The translations under genes and the position numbers were made by a program. Under the pieces are notes generated by a model that worked only from the letters and a program-made list of their open reading frames with translations, searched no databases and was not told the DNA's origin. A stretch of 64,000 nt of DNA from Ylistrum balloti (taxonomy: Eukaryota): assembly GCF_031769215.1 (NCBI RefSeq), contig NW_026781890.1, forward strand, positions 1,426,001 through 1,490,000, given 5' to 3'. Positions 27,053 to 38,549 of this stretch are shown piece after piece. Position 1 is the first letter of the stretch. Every line of letters starts with the position of its first letter.

Positions 27053-30000
27053 GTAAGCGTCCATGACAGTATTTTTTTTTATAATTTTTGATGTTTTATG
27101 TGTACACAGTAAATGTATGTATCTGCGTGAATTTGTACATGGTATTCTCTAAAAAGAATCGTTTCAATAAATAAGTGCGGAGTACAAAATTTAGTTGTGA
27201 TGAAATTAATTTAACAGCATCAAGAAAGGCAATAATGAAAACAAATCATTTTTTTAAACTTTGTTTTCTTACGAAGCGAACATTGTTTCATTTTAATGGC
27301 AGGATGCAATAATTTGAAAAAAAACGAATATAGTCATCAAGGGAAAACAATAAACAAGCTGTTTAGCCTGAATCAGCAATAGTCATACAAACACAGACCC
27401 TTTGTATAAATGCGTTGATTGACATATACTGTATCTATATATATTATCAGATTTTATATCGCGAGGCGCTATTCAGTTCCTGTCTTTCGTACAAATTAAT
27501 TACACCCCTGTTACATACATCTGGCGCTATCTGTTAATCTAAGTGCGTCATTTAATGTTTAATCTAATATATCATATCAAGGTTAATACTATCTACAAAT
27601 CGTGCATGGACAAATCAAAAGTCAGTTCATCTACAAACATATTTTTCCAATATGACGACAGTGGTTATGATATGTATCGTTCTAGACTTCAGGTTAATAC
27701 AAGTTCCATCTTTTGTTTGATTAAAATCACCTTCAGTTTTTAATAATAATATCATCTTTCGACTCAAAATTTTAATACCGATGTTGCATGTTCCTAACTA
27801 AATCCAAGCAACGAAAACGTCAGTATATTTTTTCCTTTAATAAGACAATAGGACCATGTGTGGTTCTATAAGATGTGTGGGAGTATCCAATATGTTATTT
27901 AGGTTAAAACAGTGATAGAAATATGGTTTTGCTACTTATCATTGCATGGTAACGAGCCGTTCAAGACTTTAGGTTAATATAAGGTCTGTCTTTTGTTTGT
28001 TTGGAATCAGTTTCAGTTTCGACTCAAAATTTCAATACCGATGTGGCATGTTCCCAATTAAATCCAAGCAACGAAAACGTCAGTATATTTTTTCCTTTAA
28101 TAAGACAATAGGACCATGTGTTGTTCTATAAGATCTGTGGGAGTATCCAATATGTTATTTAGGTTAAAACAGTGATAGAAATATAGTTTTGCTACTTATC
28201 ATTGCATGGTAACGAGTATGTAAACTTATTCCATGGTGATTGGTATATAGATTAATTGTTTATGGTTTCGTTGAATTAACTCATTGTATGGTGATGGGTA
28301 TATAAACTCATTGTATGTTGATGGTATGTAAACTCATTGTATGGTAATGGTTATACAAGCTCATTGTATGATGATGGGTATGTTAAGTCATAGTATGGTT
28401 ATTAGTTTGTGAACTCATTGTACCACACTGAGTATGTGAACTCTTTATATGGTAATGGTATTGTGAATTCAATGTATGGTCATAGATATTTTAACTTATT
28501 ATATGATGATTGGTATATACTGTACTGTTTATGTTTTGATACGTGGCTAAAGGACTAGAGAAATACTACAAATATCACAGACAAATGAGAGTATCACAGT
28601 TTACAGAGAGACTTTTGATGTGTAAAATCGTAACCAAAAAGAAAATGCCTCTCATCTTAGACTTTTGTGTGAAAACGTTTATTAGAATACTTTAACAACT
28701 TATTATTAATACCTTAAAGTTACGTAGTAGATAATGTTTAATAACATATATGTTGATAAAGTCACATTTAAATAACACTTTAAACAGTAATCTTATTACA
28801 TGCTATCGAAATAGTTGAAAGAAATGAAAATTCCTTGGTCATCAGATCCTCTGTTTGAACAGGTAAGCGTCCATGACAGTATTTTTTTTTATAATTTCTG
28901 ATGTTTTATGTGTACACAGTAAATGTATGTATCTGCGTGAATTTGTACATGGTATTCTCTAAAAAGAATCGTTTCAATAAATAAGTGCGGAGTACAAAAT
29001 TTAGTTGTGATGAAATTAATTTAACAGCATCAAGAAAGGCAATAATGAAAACAAATCATTTTTTTAAACTTTGTTTTCTTACGAAGCGAACATTGTTTCA
29101 TTTTAATGGCAGGATGCAATAATTTGAAAAAAAAACGAATATAGTCATCAAGGGAAAACAATAAACAAGCTGTTTAGCCTTAATCAGCAATAGTCATACA
29201 AACACAGACCATTTGTATAAATGCGTTGATTGACATATACTGTATCTATATATATTATCAGATTTTATATCGCGAGGCGCTATTCAGTTTCTGTCTTTCG
29301 TACAAATTAATTACACCCCTGTTACATACATCTGGCGCTATCTGTTAATCTAAGTGCGTCATTTAATGTTTAATCTAATATATCATATCAAGGTTAATAC
29401 TATCTACAAATCGTGCATGGACAAATCAAAAGTCAGTTCATCTACAAACATATTTTTCCAATATGACGACAGTGGTTATGATATGTATCGTTCTAGACTT
29501 CAGGTTAATACAAGTTCCATCTTTTGTTTGATTAAAATCACCTTCAGTTTTTAATAATAATATCATCTTTCGACTCAAAATTTTAATACCGATGTTGCAT
29601 GTTCCTAACTAAATCCAAGCAACGAAAACGTCAGTATATTTTTTCCTTTAATAAGACAATAGGACCATGTGTGGTTCTATAAGATGTGTGGGAGTATCCA
29701 ATATGTTATTTAGGTTAAAACAGTGATAGAAATATGGTTTTGCTACTTATCATTGCATGGTAACGAGCCGTTCAAGACTTTAGGTTAATATAAGGTCTGT
29801 CTTTTGTTTGTTTGGAATCAGTTTCAGTTTCGACTCAAAATTTCAATACCGATGTGGCATGTTCCCAATTAAATCCAAGCAACGAAAACGTCAGTATATT
29901 TTTTCCTTTAATAAGACAATAGGACCATGTGTTGTTCTATAAGATCTGTGGGAGTATCCAATATGTTATTTAGGTTAAAACAGTGATAGAAATATAGTTT

Positions 30001-31265
30001 TGCTACTTATCATTGCATGGTAACGAGTATGTAAACTTATTCCATGGTGATTGGTATATAGATTAATTGTTTATGGTTTCGTTGAATTAACTCATTGTAT
30101 GGTGATGGGTATATAAACTCATTGTATGTTGATGGTATGTAAACTCATTGTATGGTAATGGTTATACAAGCTCATTGTATGATGATGGGTATGTTAAGTC
30201 ATAGTATGGTTATTAGTTTGTGAACTCATTGTACCACACTGAGTATGTGAACTCTTTATATGGTAATGGTATTGTGAATTCAATGTATGGTCATAGATAT
30301 TTTAACTTATTATATGATGATTGGTATATACTGTACTGTTTATGTTTTGATACGTGGCTAAAGGACTAGAGAAATACTACAAATATCACAGACAAATGAG
30401 AGTATCACAGTTTACAGAGAGACTTTTGATGTGTAAAATCGTAACCAAAAAGAAAATGCCTCTCATCTTAGACTTTTGTGTGAAAACGTTTATTAGAATA
30501 CTTTAACAACTTATTATTAATACCTTAAAGTTACGTAGTAGATAATGTTTAATAACATATATGTTGATAAAGTCACATTTAAATAACACTTAAAACAGTA
30601 ATCTTATTACATGCTATCGAAATAGTTGAAAGAAATGAAAATTCCTTGGTCATCAGATCCTCTGTTTGAACAGGTAAGCGTCCATGACAGTATTTTTTTT
30701 TATAATTTCTGATGTTTTATGTGTACACAGTAAATGTATGTATCTGCGTGAATTTGTACGTGGTATTCTCTAAAAAGAATCGTTTCAATAAATAAGTGCG
30801 GAGTACAAAATTTAGTTGTGATGAAATTAATTTAACAGCATCAAGAAAGGCAATAATGAAAACAAATCATTTTTTTAAACTTTGTTTTCTTACGAAGCGA
30901 ACATTGTTTCATTTTAATGGCAGGATGCAATAATTTGAAAAAAACGATTATAGTCATCAAGGGAAAACAATAAACAAGCTGTTTAGCCCGAATCAGCAAT
31001 AGTCATACAAACACAGACCATTTGTATAAATGCGTTGATTGACATATACTGTATCTATATATATTATCAGATTTTATATCGCGAGGCGCTATTCAGTTTC
31101 TGTCTTTCGTACAAATTAATTACACCCCTGTTACATACATCTGGCGCTATCTGTTAATCTAAGTGCGTCATTTAATGTTAAATCTAATATATCATATCAA
31201 GGTTAATACTATCTACAAATCGTGCATGGACAAATCAAAAGTCAGTTCATTCACAAACACATTTT
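25945..31265 (+). repeat. Recent tandem triplication of a ~1.81 kb unit
   Basis: Identical ORFs at 27543 and 29354 (offset 1811); landmarks at 26468/28278/30089 and 27014/28824/30635. Copies differ by a few SNPs; copy 1 lacks ~110 bp. Confidence 0.97.
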
Positions 31266-33240
31266 TCTAATATGACGACAGTGGTTGTGATATGTGCGGT
31301 TCTAGACTCCAGGTTAATACAAGATCTGTCTCTGGTTTGTTTTAAATCAGTTGGTTTTTAGACTCAATATTTTAATACAGACGTGGCATGTTCCCAATTA
31401 AATCCAAGCAATGAAAACGTCAGTACATTTCTTTCCTTTGATAAGACAATAGGACCATGTGTGGTTCTATAAGATCTGTGGGAGTATCCAATATGTTATT
31501 TAGGTTAATAAAGTGATATGAATAAAGATTTACTATTTCTCATTGTATGGTAACGAACATGTAAACTTTATGGTGATTGGTATATAGATTAACTGTTTCG
31601 TTGTGCTAACTCATTGTATGTTGATGGTATGTAAACTCATTGTATGGTGTTGGTATATAAACTCATTGTATGGTGTATAAACTTATTGTATGGTGATGGT
31701 ATATAAACTCATTGTATGGTGATGGTATATAAACTCAGTGTATGGTGATAGTACGTCAGCTCATTGTTTGGTGATGGTATATACTCATTGTATGGTGATG
31801 GAATATAAACTCAGTGTATGGTGATAGTACGTTAACTCATTGTATCGTGATGGTATATAAACTCATTGTATGGTGATGGTATAAAAACTCATTGTATGGT
31901 GATGGTATATAAACTCATTGTATGGTGATGGTATATAAACTGATTGTATGGTGATGGTAAATAAACTCATTGTATGGTGATAGTATATAAACTCATTGTA
32001 TGGCGATGGAATATAAACTCATTGTATGGTGATGGTATATAAAGTCAATGTATGGCGATATAATTACAAACTGACCTTATGGTAAATGATTTGATGTTAA
32101 CTCACTGTATGGTGATGGTTTATAAACTCATTGTATGGTGATGGTATATAAACTCATTGTATGGTGATGGTATATAAACTCATTGTATGTTATATATATA
32201 AACTGACCTGTATGGTAAATGATTTGTTTATAAACTCACTGTATGGTGATGGTTTATAAACTCATTGTATGGTGATGGTATATAAACTCATTGTATGGTG
32301 ATGGTATATAGATTCATTGTATGGTGATGGTATATAAACTCATTGTATGTTGATGGTATATAAACTCATTGTATGGTGATGGTATATAAACTCATTGTAT
32401 GGTGATGGTATATAAACTCATTGTATGGTGATGGTAAATAAACTCATTGTATGTTGATGGTTTATAAACTCATTGTATGGTGATGGAATATAAACTCATT
32501 GTATGTTGATGGTATATAAACTCATTGTATGGTGATGGAATATAAACTCAGTGTATGTTGATGGTATGTAAACTCATTGTATGGTGATGGTATATAAACT
32601 CATTGTATGGTGATGGTATGTAAACTCATTGTATGGAAATGGTATATAAAATCATTGTATGGTGATGGTAAATAAACTCATTGTATGTTGATGGTATATA
32701 AATTCATTGTATTGTGTTAGTATATAACCTCATTGTAGGTGATAAGTATGTAAATTCATTATATGGTGAAGGCATGTTTGCTCATTTTTTGATGATTTAA
32801 ACAAACATTAGATAAACAAAACAAACAAAAGATAAGACTTCTCATCTTAGAATATTGTGTGAGAACGTTTATTAGATTACATTAAATAGTTGTTATAGAA
32901 TAAATATTATTAGCTTTTATCATTTCTTATGTTTTAACTGTACCCGGTAAATGTACGTATCTGCGTGAATTTGTACATGCAAACAAAAAAGGGCAATAAT
33001 GAAAACAAAACAGTTTTTTTAAAACTTTGTTTTCTTAAGAAGCGAACATTGTTTCCTATTAAAGGCATGGTGCAATCATTTGAAAAAACGAATATAGCCA
33101 TCAATGGAAAACGATAAACAAGCTGTTTAGCCCGAATCAGCAATAGTCATACAAACATAGACCATTTGTATAAATGCGTAGGCTGACGTATACATGTTAT
33201 CAGGCTTGTATCGAGTGGCGCTTATTCAGATTGTGTCTTC
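31265..33240 (+). repeat. Older, diverged fourth copy of the 1.8 kb unit
   Basis: Collinear matches (TATGACGACAGTGGTTGTGATATG, ATAAGACAATAGGACCATGTG, CTCATCTTAGA..TGTGTGA.AACG, ACAAGCTGTTTAGCCCGAATCAGC) with many substitutions; lacks the internal ~260 bp duplication and the MKIPWSSDPLFEQ segment. Confidence 0.9.
31608..32785 (+). repeat. 26-bp minisatellite, ~45 copies
   Basis: Unit AAACTCATTGTATGGTGATGGTATAT; short degenerate arrays (~9-10 units) at the same position in units 1-3 (26468, 28278, 30089). Confidence 0.97.
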
Positions 33241-35027
33241 CGTACTACCCTTTGACATATAAGGAGAAAGAGACACTCATTGATAACTTGAATAAAATTA
33301 ATAGACCTGATATATTGTAGAAAGACGTTTGTTATGTATTAAAAGGAGTTTCAAGCCCCGGAGGTGATCGAGACCCCCCCAAATTCATTATCATAAAAAG
33401 CGTGAAGAAATACACACATGTGATTTGATTCCTGAAACTAATATAAAAAATGTTGGCATATACTGTACTGAACATAAAAAATAGAACTCAAACTGACCTG
33501 AGGTCGTTCATTGATATAAAAATCAATTTAAAAATCAGAATTATCTTAAGTTTGGGTTATTATTTGACAACAATTCAAAGGAGTACAATTAATTGTTTCT
33601 TTATAAGGAAACACCAATATATTCAAATATCTCTAATACATAATTGTCCCATTTTAATGTTATATCAGTATACATACTACACTTTATCTCTACTGTAATC
33701 ATCTCTTATCTTCAGGGTATTCTAAACTAAATTTGAGTTTTATTTGATGTAACGTTTATATCTATATTCAATTGTTTTGATTAATGATACTTAGGCCTAT
33801 ATAACTACTTAAAGTAAAGATATCAACCGCCTTGTGATGTAAGAGGTAATGGCAATAAGTTAGAGTTATGAAGAATGTTGTCAACAAGCGAACTAACTTG
33901 TGATGTAATGAGAAAATGGTAATTAGGTTTAGAGTTACGAATGTCGAGATGTAAAATGCCAAAAATTGGAGAGTTAACAATGACTTGTTGTTGGGAAAGG
34001 ATACTATCTCATATCGTTATTTTATTTATTTTAAAAATAATTCTTCTATAAAACACAAGTTATGGAATTCTTCACAATTTTATCACTTCAAGATTTCGGC
34101 GTTATTATCTTAAACACAATGCTTATTACAATTGACACATTACATTATCACTGACGTATTTGGCTGTTTTTCATAGTTTTTTTAGTTTAACAAATGATTT
34201 TTAAAAAGATATGTCAAGTTCAGAAATAAAAAGAGAATTAAAGAAAAGAAGTCTTACCTTTATATTTATGGCATTATCACAAATTAGCATTCAAATGAAT
34301 TATCCTTGTCTTCATCAATATCACTAAATATAAATCCATTCGGTCCCAAATTTACACAAGCAATATAATGTTCGGACACCTGTTGACATTAACTCAAAGT
34401 ACCACAAGTCAAAGACGTGGAAGTACCGGATCACGGTAAATACGTATGATTCGTTAGTGATGCTTTGATCTTTATACCTCAGTTTATTTGTGTTTACTGC
34501 CTTGTCCCTCTCGACCTTTATCAGAATGAATGAATGAAGTTTCCACGTTTTAAAGAGACGAAAAGACGTCGTACACAAGCTCGTTTTCTTTTCACATCAA
34601 ATACATCGAAAATACATCGCTGACCAATGATAGGATTCATTCTGGTCGTTTTGTGTAGTTCACCCTCATTTCATTTCTTTGTTACATCTAGTTATATAAA
34701 CGAAAAGGGCCATGATATCGTGTCCAGTCATATTGAGATTTTAAATACATTTGATGATCATCACTTCATACCTATTTTACAGGTTCATTGCTCAATTAAG
34801 AGAAAATGTCATGTTTGACCAACATCCGCTTATACAGTTATTTCCAAAAAGAAATTGTGAAGGTTAAATAATGGGATATTTAAACATTTGAAAAGAAATG
34901 TGACGCATCCGGTTTAAGGAATCAAACTTTTGATAAATATGTCTCTCATTTATTCCATGAAAGGAGACAGCACAAACCCCATTGATTAGAAGAAAGGCTT
35001 AATACGCTATATTCAGTGTAAGCTTAA

Positions 35028-35166
35028 NNNNNNNNNNNNNNNNNNNNNNNNNNNNNNNNNNNNNNNNNNNNNNNNNNNNNNNNNNNNNNNNNNNNNNNNN
35101 NNNNNNNNNNNNNNNNNNNNNNNNNNNNNNNNNNNNNNNNNNNNNNNNNNNNNNNNNNNNNNNNNN
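35028..35166. other. Assembly gap (~139 N)
   Basis: Run of N bases. Confidence 0.99.
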
Positions 35167-36174
35167 GACGTTTTCTTTAGTGTTGTAGTAGGGCATGTCA
35201 ACTATACAGTATAGAAATTCGAAATAAAGTACATTGATACCTTTGTCAATTGTTTAACTTTGTCTTGCCAGGTAAATGTTATGTATTTCCTGACAATGGC
35301 AGCACACAAATAATACCTCAGTCACAACAACAAAATGTTCATTCTGTATCATTTTCTGTTAGTTATGCTACTGCTTTTAATGTCTCCAATCCGATGGAGT
35401 GTACAGAATTATTTATACTTGTGAAATCTTTATGCAGATCAAATGAATTATTTTGTAATCTGAATATGCACATTTTGTCATCAATGTAGAGAATGTTTTG
35501 ATCTACATCGATAAAATAGCGTCTGGTTATATTTCCATGGCACTTTCAGTGAGTCAAGTATTATCAACGTACCATTGGCACTAATTTCTTCAAAATTTGT
35601 TCTCTCTATGACCAAAGAGTTATATCAAAAATGTCTTATTTAGCAAAGATTTCAAAACTTAAAGCCTTATCAGAAGTATTGTACATCAAAATTACAATAC
35701 AAATGGAAATGCTTGATCTTCTCTTTATTATGAACTTTGAGATGTGGTTATACTTGAATTCTACATAGTTCCTCCAGTCCCCACACCCTGGATGTTTTGA
35801 CAGTTGCTTTGTTTGTTGTTGTATTTTATCGTTATGTCAATCTGATGATAAGTACAAGTAAATATCAACTAATGAATGTCCACTCTGAATGTATTTCCAA
35901 CAAACGTGTTATAACACATGTGCAATTTCTATAACTACAAGTCAGACTTTCTGTCAGCACGTATGTTAGATATCATATCCCTCTTATTCACATCATGTCA
36001 TAAGTTTAAAGTAGCAAGTTTGAAAAAGAAAGGGGCTTACCAGAGCCTGTCCTATAGGTGATATTTTGCCGATGAGAGTTTTACAAAGATAATACAAAAC
36101 ATGTCCTAGTGACAGGATTTCCAAGAACCTGTTCTATAGGAGGCAAATAATATTATCATTGGCGAGACGGATTG

Positions 36175-36603
36175 ACAGGATTACCTAGACGCTGGCCTAC
36201 AGGAAGAAGGGGATATTTCCCCTCCCTCGAGAGAGAGAGAGGGATTCACAAGATTACCTAGACGCTGGCCTGCAGGAAGAGGGTGATATTTCCCCTCCCT
36301 CGAGAGAGAGGGATTCACAAGATTACCTAGACGCTGGCCTGCAGGAAGAAGGGGATATTTCCCCTCCCTGGAGAGAGAGAGAGGGATTCACAAGATTACC
36401 TAGACGCTGGCCTACAGGAAGAAGGTGATATTTCCCCTCCTTGGAGAGAGAGGGATTAACAGGATTACCTAGACGCTGGCCTGCAGGAAGAAGGTAATAT
36501 TTCCCCTCCCTGGAGAGAAAGGGATTGACAAGATTACCTAGAAACTGGCCTGCAGGAAGAGGGTGATATTTCCCCTCCCTGGAGAGAAAGGGATTGACAA
36601 GAA
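36175..36603 (+). repeat. 69/73-bp tandem repeat, 6 copies
   Basis: GATTACCTAGACGCTGGCC starts at 36179, 36252, 36321, 36394, 36463, 36532; length variation comes from a (GA)n tract; diverged units upstream from ~36030. Confidence 0.95.
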
Positions 36604-38549
36604 GAGAGATCGATAGGCTACACAGGACCTGTCGTACAGAAGAACCAATACTACAAGTGACTTGTTAATTTTTCCTTGAAGGGAGAGAGGTTGCGTGGAT
36701 AGTAAGATTTCTGTGTTATGTGATATGGAAGACTGTACTGGACACGTAATCATCCGACACGGCACGCATGGGTTTCTAATATTGTCGATCGTGATAGTTT
36801 AGGCATCAGTTGCTCTGATTTCATTTATATAAATTTCATTACATCCATTCTTCCAAAAAAAACAAAACCAACTAGGAGCATGATTATTTTATTACAAATC
36901 CTGACCAACAAGCTAACAAAGCTTCATGTATATGAAGTACATCTACTTAATTATTATGCTATCTTGTGTCTTTATTGGTTTTTAATATGGCCAATGTAGA
37001 AAAAATGATAATGCATATATTACATATATACATAAATCTATTCATTAAATCGTTCCAAAGTAACACATGTTGATATGAAAACTGTGGCAGTATTAAGTGA
37101 CCCCGATATTACAGTCCTGACATGAATTTATCATAATGTCAAATGGATAGTGACAGTTCCTATGTATCCATTAAGTAAATACTGTAAAATCATAAAATGA
37201 AGAGATAATTTATTTTAACGGATTCCGTGGATACTCTTAATTCACAAACTCTTATGTCTAAAATATCAATAAATAGATCTATATAGATTTATATAGATGT
37301 ATATTTCAAGTGCCCACGGAACAAAAATTTAATTTAAAAAATAGGAAAAACGAAAATCAAACAATCCGATGTATATGCTTTTACCACCATTGTTAGCACA
37401 GGAAATATTTGAACTGATTGCATAAGAATATGATATGAGGAAAACGAGAAAACAACAACATTAAACCATCCATCTGCCTCAGTATCTTTTCAATAGTACT
37501 AGATGTAATGGGACTAATTAGGTGTGTTCCTTGCGGATTGTTATCACGTCTAAACGGAATTCTAAAATACGGGTTATATAACGCTTTTTCAATTGGATAA
37601 TTTTCATGATCTTATCCCCGATCTACTTATGAATTCTGTTAACCCAAATATGGCGTTCAGTTTTCCGGTTGAGGTAGATGTTCGAAATAAACATTGGAGA
37701 AAGTTGTCATAACGACATTTTTAAATGTTTCATCGAAGTGTGACGGTGAGAGTACGGTGATGATAATCATTGTAACATATTTTGATTAATTTTTTCTCTG
37801 TTTCGCATTTGTTTGTCCGTATTTTCAGAATGTCGAGAAAGACGATAACCGTTACAGTAGGTGATATGCTCAATCCAGCGATCACCTTCAGTGACTTATA
37901 TGACAACTAAATGAAATCATATCACATTGTGTTGTCTCCTATATTTACATTTACTCTAATTCTATTGATAAATCCCAATCTTCATTTAAACAAAAAAACC
38001 TTCGGATGAGTCTTGAGTCACGATGTGTTGCCGATGCCTCTCCGCGATATCTGTTATTTCATCGATAGATTTCTTTACTTAACAACCTCAGTACCTTTAC
38101 CATTCTGAGAAAGACATGACGATGTTTGGGTATGTACATTATTTATCAATATAAAGAACAGTTTAGACAGATAATCCGCGCAGACAAACATTTAAGCTTT
38201 TTCAAATGCATTGACCTATATCCTGAGTCTCTACTTCATCAAGGGTTGAAAGTAGAGTTTTGATTGGCTAAGATTATTTTCGGGGCCGTTTAGAAAAAAA
38301 GCTGTGCACTTTCTTTGTTTTTGTTGAATTTCATTGATATTGTGATCATCAAATCGCTTTCAGGTCAGATTTGATCATAAAAGATCTCTTTCAGAAACAA
38401 TGCAAATTAGATAAAAGTGGGTGATATTTGTAACTACATATTAAATAGTATAAAAAATCAAAAGGCCCATAAGTCCTGTGCTTCGACTCACTTAGTGTCG
38501 TAACCATAGGTGTATGATAGGATAATATTAGATAAAATATTACTTGAAA

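Noticed and set aside
27543-29554. Duplicated 66-aa ORF as a gene pair
   Set aside because: Identity simply reflects the recent triplication; non-ATG start and no coding signal.
34999-35201. ORFs spanning X residues
   Set aside because: Artefacts of the N gap.
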